Numbered from the stretch's first letter, positions 40,018-53,825 are shown. The stretch is DNA of 64,000 bases from Octopus sinensis (GCF_006345805.1 NC_043004.1:106268001-106332000); one strand, 5' to 3'. Made by a program: numbers and translations. The notes: generated from the letters alone by a model not told the origin.

Positions 40018-40306
40018 GTAAACAACCTTTGTCATCTTCATGACACCTGCTTTGTCTTCTCTCCTCTTGGGAATGACATGGCCTTACATCCATAACTTTC
40101 TCGACTTCCAAACAAACCTTTGCCTCATCGTATTGATCTACGGCTTCTTGCACATTTCCTTGCACAGTTTTGCTTAGTGTTGCTAATCCGTTTATTTACC
40201 TTACCACCTGCTGTTGTTTCTGTTGCTTAACTCTTGCTATCTCCCTGCAATCAGCTAACTTTTTCATTTCATCACCTTACCAATATAGTGAGAGAAGACC
40301 AACAAG

Positions 40307-40340
40307 ATGAGCGAGGCAGAATGCCAGCAATGTGAGACTT
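40307..40340 (+). CDS. Candidate alternative start exon encoding MSEAECQQCET (phase 1 donor)
   Basis: ATG with A at -3, 11 codons plus 1 nt, then GTGAGT at 40341. A second phase-1 donor GTGAGA lies at 40332. Both are in phase with downstream exons F and G. Confidence 0.5.
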
Positions 40341-42476
40341 GTGAGTCTGTTGTGTTGTTTATGGTGTTTTCATGGTGCTGACCAAATTTTGGCAAAATAG
40401 GTTACTGTGGTTAGCTCTGTTGTCTGATGTATGCATGTATGTTTGTAGGTGAATAGGGAAGTGTGTGTATGTGTCACTGTATGTTGTGTAAGTGTATGCA
40501 TATTTGCACTGCATTTGAGTATATATTTAAAAGGTATGTGTCACACCTGTCCATCACATGCAAGCATGGAAAAGCATATGTTGTGATGATAAAGATGTGT
40601 GTTTGGACATGTATTTATAGATTTGTTTGATTGTATGCCTGTGTGCATAATAATGTATATATTTGTGTGTGATGCTGTGCAGATGTGTGTTTCTGATGTG
40701 TGTGTGTGTTCGTACAAACTTATGCAACTCTAGTATCAAGTCTGTACATCTATCATGAAACTAATCAATATTGCAATATAGTTTATTATCTGGATCTGAG
40801 ATGTTATATGATTACATGCAAATTTATGCATGAATATATTTGTATCTGTGTATGTGTGCACAAGTTTGTATGTTTGTATTGTTGGGATGTTGCATGTGTA
40901 TGTGTGTTGCTTGTTGAGACTTGTTGAGACTTGGTGCTAAAGAAGATACATACTTTATCTCGTTATACATTTGTATTAACAGAACCTCTCCCTCCATTAA
41001 TACTAGGAAGCTTCTAAGAAGTATTTAGACTCATGACAATAGAGATGTGTGTGTCATTTAATGCTCTGCAAGTCACTGACAATTCAATTTTTTTTAAATG
41101 TCCATATTTTGACAATAGATTTTTCTTTTGATTAAATCATTTTTGAAAGGTTAGTGGATTGAAGCATCAGGCCAGTGCCACATAAAAAGCCCCCGTGCTG
41201 TTGCCATGTATAAAACACTCATGCTAGTGCCCATATAACTCACTTGTGCAGGTGTCACCCATGAAGCACCCGTGCCAATGTCACATAAAGAGTACCCAGT
41301 CCCCTCTGTAAAGTGGCTGGCATTAGGAAAGATATCCAGTTGCAGAAACCATACCAAAACAGACAATTGGAGTCTGGACACCTCCCAGCTGGCCAGTTCC
41401 ATGTCAATCCCATGCCAGCATGGAAAATGGTCATTAAATGATGATGATGATTTATGTACATCTATGTTGAACTTAAATTTCCAAACTAAATATATTTAGG
41501 AGTGAGTTTTCATTATAGACAAGCCTTCTATCACAATGAGCAAAGTTTTGTTATACATAATCCACCAAAGTCATAGATCTAGTTCAAATTTCTTGTTGGC
41601 GTCAAGGCTACATGATTCTTTATCTATATATTTTGTGGCTCCATAATTGAAATCCTGGTCTTATCTCAATGTGAAGTAGAGCAGAAATTATATAATCATA
41701 TCATTCTTATTTACAAGATTCAAATCTCATTCTCCAACTTAGTACTCCTGCTGATATCCCTAATTGTTTTTCTACAGTCTAATAAATAAACCATGCCAAA
41801 ACAGACACACAAGTATGGTGGAGGCTCCTGCCTGGCCAGCTCTTGTCAAACCATCTAACCTATACCAGCATGATGATGATGATGAGACACACACACACAC
41901 ACACACACACATCTATACATTTAGTTTTCTTAAACAAGAATATTATTAACAGCAACTCTGAAGTTTTGGACTGTCAACAATGACTTAATTGGCTGTAACT
42001 TCAAAGTCACTGTCAACAACATTCTTGTATAAAAATAATAAATCCATACTCTACAACAGTAAAGGGTAAACCATCAGATTAATTTTAAATTATTATTATA
42101 ACTGAACATAAAAACAAACATTAACTCAATATATTTCCAGATAGATAGATAGACTGATATCCATATTTGTGTATGTGTGTGTGTATATAGGCAGTGAATT
42201 AAAAGAATCGTTAGAGCCTTAAGCAAAATGTTTTGTAATTTGAGTGAGATGAATTGACTTGGCACTGGCGTGGATGTGTGGTTATGAAGTTTGCTTTCCA
42301 GTCACATGGTTTCAAGTTCAGTACCACTGTATAGCATCTTGTGCAAGTGTCTACTACAGGTCCAAGCCAACTAATTTCTTGTGAGTGAATTTGGTTGGGG
42401 GAAACTGCAAGGAAGCTTGTGCACACGTGTGCATGTATGTTGTGTTTATGCATATATGTATATAAATGTGTGTGTA

Positions 42477-42512
<36 letters not shown>

Positions 42513-42594
42513 TGTGTGTCTGTGTATATATGTGTTTATGTACATGTATGTGTGTGTATGTACATATATCTGTGTATATATGTGTGTGTATATA

Positions 42595-43758
42595 TTGAGT
42601 TGGCAAGAAAGTAATTTGGTTTTTCACAAATAGAGTTCCAGTTTTTTGAATGACTTTTGTCAATGTTATGATATTTTCTTTTTAACCTTTGATAGCCATT
42701 ACTTTTAGCTTACTTTACTAGCAAATTGCACGTAATTTTAGTTAGTGTCAGTTTTAAGATGGAGTGCAAAAATGAACATTTTCACCATATTTTGCTTTTT
42801 TATTTCCATAAAGCTAAGAAAGCAGCTTAGGCTCACAAAGAGATATTGATTGCTTAACAAAATGCACGTGTCAGAAATAATTTTAAAAATTCCATTCTGG
42901 AGAATTTTCACTTAAGATTGCAGAGAGGTTAAATGTATCACATGCAACAATTGGAAATCTCTTATAATGTCTTGGACCCATTAAGAAGCTCAATATTTGG
43001 GTTCCATTTTAAATTGAAAGAGATTCACTTAACACAGTGAATCAGTATTTGTGATATGCATCCCAAACACAATGAAATCAACTGTTTTATGAAACAAATC
43101 ATCACTGGTGATGAAAAATGGATTGTCTACAATAACATCAATCGAAAACGATCATGGTCCAAGCATAATGAACCAGTACAAACCACATTGAAAGCTGAAT
43201 TGCATAAAAAAAAAAGGTCTTGCTGTCAATTTGGTGGGATTACAAAGGTGTTGTGTATTTTGAGCTGCTTCCAAGGAACCAAACAATCAATTCAGATGTT
43301 TACTGTCAAAAACTAATGAAACTGGGGGAAGCAATCAAAGAAAAACGGCCAGAATTGGCAAATCGTAAAGGAATTGTGTTCCACCATGACAATGCTAGAC
43401 CACACACGTCTTTGCTAACTTGTGAAAAATTATTGGAACTTGATTGGGAAGTGAAGTTACATCCACTATATAGCCCTGACCTTGCACCATCAGATTACCA
43501 TTTATTTAGAAGTTTGCAAAATTCTTTGAATGGTAAAACTTTCAATAATGATGTTGACCTGAAATCGCACTTGCTTCAGTTTTTGGCTGATGAAGACCAG
43601 AAGTTCTGTGAGCGTGGAATCATGAAGTTGCCAGAAAGAAGGCAAAATGTCATTGAACAAAATGGAAAATATATAACTGATTAAAGTTCATTCTTTGTAT
43701 GAAAAAAATGACTTTTATTTCACACTAAAGCATCGAAATTACTTTCTTGCCAACTCAA
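42595..43758 (+). mobile_element. Mariner (DD34D) DNA transposon with both TIRs, mellifera-subfamily-like
   Basis: Perfect 23-bp TIR TTGAGTTGGCAAGAAAGTAATTT at both ends; TA target duplication at 42593-94 and 43759-60. Confidence 0.93.
42759..43684 (+). pseudogene. Mariner transposase pseudogene
   Basis: MECKNEHFHHILLFYFHKAKKAA*..., ITGDEKW, HHDNARPH, YSPDLAPSDYHLF; contains in-frame stops, deletions and a frameshift in the A-run near 43207. Confidence 0.92.
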
Positions 43759-44295
43759 TATATGTGTGTGTGTGTGTGTGTGGTGTGTGTGTGTGTGTAA
43801 CATGTATGCATGTGTGTGTGTAACATGTATGCATGTGTGTGTGTAATATGTATGTGTGTGCGTGTTTGTGCATATGTATGTATATGTGTGTGTATGTTCA
43901 AGCATCTTGCAGTTACAACTTGAGCTAAGCCTTTTAGGTGAAATTGAGTAGACGGAAACTATAAGGAAGCCTCTCTCTGTTGAACTTGTATTTCGAAAGA
44001 GGACCTCTGTCACACAATGTGGTACGCTGACCACGCCTGATAATCATTCAAAAGTGTGTGTGTGCGTGCACGAGCCTGTAGAAACTCCGCTGCTTAATGT
44101 CAATATGAGTAGATAGTTCCGATTTGTGAACAAAGATGAATAGTCATCATTGAAAGCTTTGGGGGAATCCATTCAGCACTTCATTTTATATGTGCACGTG
44201 TGTGTGTGTTACACTAGGGTCTTTGTTTGAGGTCAGTTTTGTATGGGTTTCATTTTAGTATTTTGTATCTTTTGGTTATTTTTCTAAGTATCTTA

Positions 44296-44533
44296 TATCT
44301 TTTACTTGTTTCACTCATTTGACTGCGGCCATTCTGGGGCACTGACTTGAAGAGTTTTTCATTCAACAAATCAACCCCAGGACTTATTCTTTTTAAGCCT
44401 GGTACTTATTCTGTCAGTCTCTTTACTGAACTGCTATGTTACGGGGGAGATTAACACACCAACACTGGTCGTGAAGCAGTAGGACAAACACAGGAGACAT
44501 AAAGACACACACACACATGAATATATATATGTA

Positions 44534-44597
<64 letters not shown>

Positions 44598-44748
44598 TCT
44601 TTCTTTCAGTGTCTGTCTACCAAATCCACTCAAGGCTTTGGTTGGCCCAAGGCTATAGTAGAAGTCACTTGCCCAAGTTGTCACGCTGTGTGACTGAACC
44701 CAGAACCATGTGATTGGGAAGCAAGCTTCTTACCACCCAGCCATACCT
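44296..44748 (-). mobile_element. tRNA-derived SINE (main family) with expanded internal (TA)n
   Basis: TTTTACTTGTTTCACTCATTTGACTGCGGCC...GACTGAACCCAGAACCATG. Confidence 0.85.
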
Positions 44749-45535
44749 ATTCGAGTTATTATCTGCTGAAGTTTCATGGCCTTGTGTTTAGGGTGTTGCA
44801 CTCAGGATCGTAAGCACATGGTTTCAATTCCGAGACTGGGTGATGTGATGCGTTGCTCCAGTCCACTCAGCTGTAAATAAAATGGGTTCCAACAACAGCT
44901 GGGAAATTATCTCCATGGTGGACCAGCATCCCTTTCGAGTTGGGTATTGTAATCTCTGTCACTTATACAACCTTAGAAACCGGGTTAAAACTCCAATGTT
45001 ACGAATCCTAGGGCTCGTGATGGGCCTAGCAACCTATTTGCTACACTGTACATAGGCACTTTAACAAACCTGGTCTATGTATAGAAGCAGAATAGTGAAA
45101 TACACTTCAAAAATTTCACTTTATATATTGACCACTTCCCCACTTCTCTCTTACTTTCTGAATAAGAAAAGCTTCATTGTTGTTCGCTGAGGAAAACCCA
45201 TGAGAAGAGGTTTATTCTTGTTCATGTGACAAATATAGGAATTGCTGTTTATGAAGCATTCTACTCCCACACTGGCTGCAGAAAGTGGTGGTGTGGAGGA
45301 GATGTTTAATTGCTGGTATTTACCATTCTGCCTCATGTGACATTTCAAAACACAAATGATGGAGAAATTTTCCAGCAATCTCATATTTTCACCTAATCAG
45401 TTACAGACTTATATACATACATACATACAAACACACACATACAAATGAGTGGACAATGAAAGAAAAGGGCACTCAACACATTTAGTGGGAGTTAGATGTA
45501 TTACTTAAATCAGTTTGATTTGGTTCCATGCAAAT

Positions 45536-45685
45536 AATATATATATATATATAATATATATATAAATGCATTTATATATGTATGATATATATATAATATA
45601 TATAAATGCATTTATATATGTATGTATATATATATATATATAATATATATATATATATAAATGCATTTATATATGTATGTATGTG

Positions 45686-45717
<32 letters not shown>

Positions 45718-45934
45718 ATATATAAATGCATTTATATATGTATGTATGTGTATATATATATATATAATATATATATATATATATTATATATAAATGCATT
45801 TATATATATGTATGTATGTATATATATATAATGCATTTATATATGTATGATATATATATATATATATATAAATGCATTTATATATGTATGTATGTATATA
45901 TATATATATATATATATAAATGCATTTATATATG

Positions 45935-45969
<35 letters not shown>

Positions 45970-45982
45970 GCATTTATATATG

Positions 45983-46017
<35 letters not shown>

Positions 46018-46088
46018 ATATAAAATGCATTTATATATGTATGTATATATATATATATATATATAATATATAAATGCATTTATATATG

Positions 46089-46123
<35 letters not shown>

Positions 46124-46190
46124 GCATTTATATATGTATGTATATATAATATATATATATATATATTATATATAAATGCATTTATATATG

Positions 46191-46228
<38 letters not shown>

Positions 46229-46383
46229 GCATTTATATATGTATGTATATATATATATAAATGCATTTATATATGTATGTATATATATATAAATGCATTT
46301 ATATATGTATGTATATATATATAAATGCATTTATATATGTATGTATGTATATAATATATATAATATATATATATAAATGCATT

Positions 46384-46427
<44 letters not shown>
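45536..46427. repeat. Higher-order AT satellite: ~18 ATAAATGCATTTAT-type palindromes with variable (TA)n spacers
   Basis: Seen directly; copy number is an approximate manual count. Confidence 0.95.
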
Positions 46428-46433
<6 letters not shown>

Positions 46434-47559
46434 GGCATATTCATGTGCATAGATTTATGTTATGGGTATTTGCTTGTGTATGAGAGTGAGTTAGTCCTCT
46501 TATTTGTCTGTTCATATTTCTGTGTGTGTGTGTATCTGTTTTCTGTAGCAAAAAACAATGATTCTCTGGTGTTTATATGCTTCTTCTTTATAGTCACTCA
46601 TTATACTTCACCCAGTCTGTGTGTTCAGTTCAAGTTTAATACTTCACCTGCTTCAGTGGTTTATGTTGCATCACTTCTTATGTAAAACTGTTGACTTGGC
46701 TCAGTGTTCTCACTGCTGTATGTGTTTGTCACTATCACCAATGAAACTGCCGTAGTTCTAGGTTGTGAGTTCACATACAACTTGCCAACAGCACCTTAAC
46801 AATTTTGAATCTTTTCACTGTAGTACATGTTCCAACTAAGAAGTCTCCAGAACTTACTACTTCAAATACATTCATTAGTGTCACTCTAAAAGCATATATC
46901 CTTAAAAGGGGTTTACACACACACACACCAGTTATCCACATTATACACTTCTAAATGTTGAGTAATCATTCTGTAAATACATCCGACAGCTTATTCTACA
47001 GGCATTTCTACAGCTTTTCTTGCCTACGGGTTTTAGGTCAGTGAATATTCCAAAGTATATTTTTGGTGAGAAGTGAATAGATACCACATAAAGCTCCAAT
47101 TCATTTTGGTCCAGTAATAGATTATGCAGAATTCTCGGCATTACAGTGTATTTTTGGCCATGTCCTAAATGTAAACCATATAAGGGTGGCATAGTTTTTG
47201 TTCAATGGAGTTCTTAAAATATTTAATGATGAAAATACTTCAAGATGAGACAACAGTTGTCTGTCTCTCTCTTTCCTCCTCATCCCCATTACAAATACAT
47301 TATTTTTAGTTTAAAATGTTCTTCACTGTTATATACTCAATTGACCTATGCAGTGGGGAACTGATGACAAGCAAAAACAGATAACTATTGAAGATGGGTT
47401 CCTATTAGTAGTTTCCTATTTCAACCCAAATATTTTTACACACACATCCTACAGATTTTCGTTAACATATCCAGATCCTTTCTAGCCAGTTCAAACTAAT
47501 ATTTCTTATTCTAAATATCTATTAATATCTGAAACTTTTTTTTTTTTGAGAACAAAGCA

Positions 47560-47878
47560 CGTCCGTGCCGGCGGCACGTAAAAAGCACCAACTGTTCGTG
47601 GCCGTTGCCAGCCTACCCTGGCACCTGTGCCAGTGGCACATAAAAAGCATCAACTGATCGTGGCCGTTGCCAGCCTCCCCTGGCACCTGTGCCAGTGGCA
47701 TGTAAAAAGCACCCACTACACTCACAGAGTGGTTGGCGTTGGGAAGGGCATCCAGCTGTAGAAACACTGCCAGATCAGACTGGAGCTTGGTGCAGCCTCC
47801 TGGCTTCCCAGACCCCAGTCGAACCGTCCAACCCATGCTAGTATGGAAAACAGATGTTAAACGATGATGATGATGATG
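47560..47878 (+). mobile_element. (GAT)n-tailed SINE-like repeat with 62-bp internal tandem units
   Basis: GTGCC-NNN-GGCA(C/T)..AAAAAGCA recurs at 47565, 47627 and 47689; 3' part as at 2019 and 52256. Confidence 0.85.
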
Positions 47879-49407
47879 AAAACAACGTATCAATTGTGGG
47901 TTGAAGCTTTGTCTGACTGATGCAAAATTGGCATTAATAAACTGTGTTTAATTCACTTAGCTTTACTTAGCAAAAAAAAAAATAGAAAGAAAGGTGATGA
48001 AACCATAATTTTTTTTTTATCAGACACTGAACTTAGTGCAGGAGTAAACTAGATGGGTTGCAGCACCTAATTCAGTATTGTATATATATGATATTCTGCA
48101 TCCAAGATATCCAACTAGTGTCTTGATACCAATAATATTGCCAGGTGCTAGAGGGATGGACTATACTGCCTTGATATTTGTTGGCATTCTTCCAGTCTGT
48201 GATAAAACTATGAAGCAATTTGAATTCTTAGCACAAACAGTCTATTCTTATCAAAATTAATTTCACTAGGTGAAAGGATGTAGAACTGTTTATACTTCCT
48301 ATGATGATGATAACAATAATAATAATAATAAAACCAACAATAACAATGTTATGATTTATCTGTTAGGATTAGCTAGATGCTTTACATAGGTACAAGCAAA
48401 GTATTATATATTCATAGGTAACTGAACTAGCTTTGTCTCTAACTTTAAAAAAATCAATATATTAGTAATTAATATTAATGCCAATAATACAGGCTTTGAA
48501 TAATCTAGAGTTGATACCACACATCAGCAATGCGATCTTAATTAATATCTATTTAAAACTCATCTACCCTCCCCTGTCTCACAACTTTTCACTTGTATGT
48601 CGTTAATTCATTCCCATCTCTAATTTTATAACCAATCCCTCCTTCCCACTTGCATTGCCCACACATGTACAAAAAAAAAGAAAAAAATGAAAACTCAATA
48701 GGTAAATGCTTAACATTTTTTTGCATTTTCTCCCTTGATTTACCTCTCTGGTAAACCTGTGTAGTCAATGCCCAGATATGTGAACACTTGTAAATAATTA
48801 GAGAAACTAAATGCACCTGATGTGAATTTATCTTGTTTATTAATCACAACATCATCATCATCATCCTCATGATGTTCAATTTCATCTTGAATGTTCCAAA
48901 CTAACATTTAACATCAACCAATTACCGTTTTCCTATTTGACAATTTGTGGTTTTCTGTTTTTATCATGTATTATTCTGTCATGGTGTGATGTCTTTTCAG
49001 ATCTTCACAAGGATTATTCCAGTTTATTGGGAATAGGGGTTACAGTAGGTCATACTTGTTTGTGAAAGTTTTGATATCTTCACAAGAAATAGCCCTTCTT
49101 CTATACTACAAATGTCCTTAAATGGGGCTGTACAATATACGCTATGTATATGTGAACAGCCATGATAAGCATATATTTATATATACAGAGAGAGATAGAT
49201 AGACAGACAGACAGACCACTTTAATAAACAAAAACCATGTGTCAATTGAAAAATGTGGTTTTTAAAGCTACATATAGTTTCATATGTGCTTTAGATTGTG
49301 AATGTAAACTTGTATTTTCTGTGCCATTGACTGCAGACATAAATTATATATTAGATATTAAAGAATAAAATTGAAAAGACAAATAACATGGGTGCCCACA
49401 TGTGCAC

Positions 49408-49445
<38 letters not shown>

Positions 49446-49947
49446 ATGTAGGTGATAAGTTTGATTGAAATTTTAGCCTCCACTGTGTGAAAATACCAGA
49501 GTAATATCTAAATAGAACTAGTCATCTTGCTTCTGCATTAAGTGAACAATTAAGACATTGAGTTTAACAAACTGATTTCATGTTGCTTAGCAGATAACAG
49601 TTTTGTTTAGGGGGAGAAAAAAAGCTCCATTGTTTGATATGTGGCAGATTTATATTTTATGTTTTTTATTATGAATCTGATGCCTGTTATATTTTGTTTT
49701 CTTAGAACATCTGAAAGAGAGGCAGAAAAACATATTTAGTGGTTGTTGATGAGAGGGGGGGGGGCGTGTAAAATTTCATGACTTAATCTAACGTTTATCT
49801 AGCCTTGTGATGTTTCTGTTGAGACGGGGTTCTCATATTAAACTGCATGCCTTGTACTAATGCTTCGTTTCATCTCTCTCTCTCCTTCTCTCTTTCTCTC
49901 TCTCTGTAACTTCCTGTCTATCTCTTGTGTCTTGCCTGCATCCTTAG

Positions 49948-50199
49948 TTTTGACTCCAGGTCTACACTCGGGCTATGCTACCACGATGATCACCCCCAGT
50001 GGCACAGTTCTGCTCCAATCTGCCATCACCCCATCTTCTTCCGCTCATTTCACAACTGCCACCACATTAGAAGACAGATCACAACAACAACAGCCACCGC
50101 CACCGGCACCAACACAAGGCAAATACTATCGACAGTCAGCCCGTTACTCTGACCCTCTCTATGCTTCCATTCCAGAGGTTGCGGAGCCTCACCTGCCAG
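49948..50199 (+). CDS. TNS: Tensin-like gene, 252-nt exon F (phase 1/1, skippable in frame)
   Basis: Long CT tract then CCTTAG|49948 (second in-phase acceptor CAG|49960); encodes LTPGLHSGYATT...QQQQPPPPAP...YSDPLYASIPEVAEPHLP; donor CAG|GTAGAC. Confidence 0.75.
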
Positions 50200-52255
50200 G
50201 TAGACTCATATATGCTTTCTATTGCTGTAATTCTTGTCATTCACCGAGTAACAGACAAGGTTCTTTCTTAATATTCCAATTCGCCATCAGAACCAATTCT
50301 GGTTTGCTTTATCCTGTCAACAAAGCTTCTGATTGCCATAACTCTCTGAAACAGCTGCAGATGACGACCTGCTTTGAAGGCCAGCACTTTCCAGTAATAT
50401 ATAAACATTGTAAAGATTCTATTTTTACATAAAGCTTACCAAAAGTTTATTAAAACTGAAGCAAGATGCTGTTATGCTGCTAAACTAAATGGGTTTCTTT
50501 TCTTTTTGTTTTATTTAAAAAAAATTTTTATTTACCTTTTGGAACTTCTTGTTGCAAGCTGATGTTTGGCTTAAACTTTCGAAAAATACAATTTAGTCAT
50601 GTTCATGACTACTCACCAACGTAAACTAATTTATCTTGTTTAGTTTTGGTTCCTGATAACTTTCTTTAAATGGTCAAGTATATTCTGCATGAGTATTCTC
50701 TGAGTGAAATCTTACTAAACTGCAGTATTTTCTGGACTGGCACATTGGGTTCCTGCATGTTGTTTCTTTAACAAGAGTTGTTTTCTTTAACATTATTAAT
50801 GATTTATTGCAATTTATTAAAACGACAGCCAGAAAAAATGTCACCCATTGTAGTAACCACTTAAGGCCTGAACTCTTGACTACAGCCTAAACAGCTCTTG
50901 CTACCCACTGTGGCAACTTTTAAACTGAGAAGACCACTAGCAAAATAATTACCATGATAATGTAATGAACTGAGGTAACAATATCAAGAACATCTTCCAT
51001 CTTGAAATAATCATTGGGCAATATTTATAGTTTAGTTACATAGGCTTTTACACCTTTTATTATCATTTGGGTAAAATCTTTTATGTGTTAGTTCGTTCAA
51101 GAGTCTATGACTGGCTGGCTGAATTGTTAGTGTATCGGACAAAAAGCATAGTTGAATTTCTTCTGAGACTGAGTTCAAATCCTGCTGAAATCAGCTTTGC
51201 CTTTTGTCTTTTAGGGTCAATAAAATAAAATACCAGTCAAGTTCTCAGATTGATGTAATCAACTTGCCCCCTCTCCTCAAAATCATTGGCTTTGTGCCAA
51301 AATTATAAAGAATATTTATATTATAGAGCCCTTTTTTTTAAGTAAGTAGGGCCTCATAATGGTCAAACGTAGGTTTTAAATCAACAAAACTATTAAAAGA
51401 CCCTATCTTTTAACATCATAAAAAAGAATCTAACCTTTCTATAGATTTAATATAGTCTTATCATTATGAAAAAGGTTTTGAAGCAATAGGTTCAGGAGTA
51501 TTCAGGTTATACATCTGGGAATGGAGCCAGACAATGTGTGGGTCTTTGCCTAATCAGTTTATTAAGAATGGAAAAGAACATTCTTGATTTTATCTGACTC
51601 TACTATGAAACACTGGAGTTTTAGAAGATTCACTTAAGTTGAAACTTAGCTTTCGTTCTGTGATAACTCCTCAAATAAAAAGAAGACGACAAACAACTAA
51701 CAGAAGGCAAGTCTGCAATTGTTTCACAATGATGGTTGTAATGAGATGGCATTCAGTTCAGTTATGATGTTGCCAGACATCAACGATATTTCGATATCTG
51801 TTTTATAAAAATACAGAATACATTTTAATAAAGTTACTTTTTCAAAAAATAAATGGGGTGCATGAACCAACTGTTTTAATGATTTTCACAACACAGGCTC
51901 AGCTTGTCTCTTTGAATTTAGTTTTGTGTTTAACTTTGAAATGATTTTTGTTACCCTCAGATTCTGATGAAATAATTTTTGTTATTTCACAGTATTTTGC
52001 TTAATTTTAAGGGCTTCAATAACTGGACTATATGTATATGGTTGAGTTGCATCATGAAATTGTACATACAAAATCACAAAGAAGCCAATATATGATTGCT
52101 CATCTAGAAAGGGAAGCCAAATCTCCCTTAGATCATTCACCATCTTAAAAATAAAGGGGGACATATTTAGATAATGTAGTCACTAATACATTCTGAGAGA
52201 ATTAAAAAAGAAAATGTGGTTTGGTTATGGTTAGAACATTCTAACCATTTCTCGG

Positions 52256-52509
52256 CTGGCTTCCGTGCTGGTGGCACGTTAAAAGCACCAACCGATCGTG
52301 GCCGATGCCAGCCTCCCCTGGCAGCTGTGCCGGTGGCACGTAAAAAGCACCCACTACACTCGCGGAGTGGTTGGCGTTAGGAAGGGCATCCAGCTGTAGA
52401 AACACTGCCAGATCAGACTGGAGCCTGGTGCAGCCCTGGCTTCCCGGACCCTGGTTGAACCGTCCAACCTGTGCTAGCGCAGAAAACGTACGTTAAACGA
52501 TGATGATGA
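52256..52509 (+). mobile_element. (GAT)n-tailed SINE-like repeat
   Basis: Same family as 47560-47878, with one tandem unit fewer. Confidence 0.85.
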
Positions 52510-53825
52510 TTTCTGTTTTCATCTTTTAAGGGTTAGTTTTGTTTTGTCTTGTTTTTTTGCCACAGGTCTGCTTAGTTAAGGTAAATCTGGGGCTAAACAA
52601 CTTCAGAATAACAAATAAGATTAAAAGTTAAAGGCCGAAGGATGGTTTTTGGGAAATAACCTAACGGATGAGGTGCTGGGTATTCAGATCATAGGTTTAT
52701 GGGTTCATATGTGCTGGAGGTCTTTTAATGTTTCTCCTTGGGTAGAGTGTCTGATTGAACGTACCTTGGTTAATTTAACTTGTGAGGGAAAACATATTGA
52801 AATGGTATTGCAATAGACTGTTAGCCTAGTCATGGAGGTCTTTATATCCTGTCTGTAAATGCTACAGAGCTTGGTTTTAAGGTCTGACTTTGATATTCTC
52901 ACTACTTCATGGCTGATAGAGTTATCATTTATATTGCACTAATATTCCACGAAACAGTATTTTTCATACTGAGTTATTCTGTTTTTGCAGTATAATAGAA
53001 TATTCAATATATTGTATAATAAACAACATAGCATTGCACTACATTAATAAGTGCTTTACTGTAGTGTAACAATGGCTAGAATTAGGTCATATTATTCTGA
53101 AGGTTATTTTTCAAGTGGGTAAATTTAGATATCTTTTGTGGAAGTGATGTTGATATGACCAAAATGCCTTCTCTCCCACTCAGTGTTAAGCAATTAATTA
53201 TACATATTAAGTGTCCATGGCTAAAACAAACAAAGTATGGCCAATATTGAGCCAGTCACCACCTATTGACATTAACTTATACCAAGGAGTTTCCAAAATC
53301 CACTCTTCTGATATCATTTGATATTCTCGTAATTTCTAATGTCTGGCAACTTGGCTTGGCAACAAAGCTCAAAGTTTTAAAACCTTGTCTGGTATTTGCT
53401 TCAACTCTCTTGAGAAATATCTAAATACATCTTATTCTATATATATGTATGTACATACATATATACTTATATATATATATATATATATGTGTGTTTTTTT
53501 TGTTAATTTTAATATTTTCTAACAACTGAAAGATATTAAAATTTTTCTTAGTATTTTTGACTTTGTTTTTATGGCTTTGTGTTTTTTCCCATTATTTTGT
53601 TTGCCTTAAATAAACTACATTATTTAGTAAACAGCAATGTTCTATTTTAATGAAATTATTTGCTAAAAGTTTTCTTAGAATTTAAACTAATTTGTTTAAT
53701 AACAATAATAATGGCTTTTGAAAATATGTCTTAGAATCATTTTTTTTTTTAAGGTTTCAAATGCCTGCCATTTAAGATATTTGCTTTAAATTTTCTCTTG
53801 TGACATGCTGTTGTTGTTTCTGCAG

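Noticed and set aside
45536-46427. Repeat-spacer pattern resembling a CRISPR array
   Set aside because: Spacers are only (TA)n of variable length rather than unique sequence; there are no cas genes, and the context is a eukaryotic intron.
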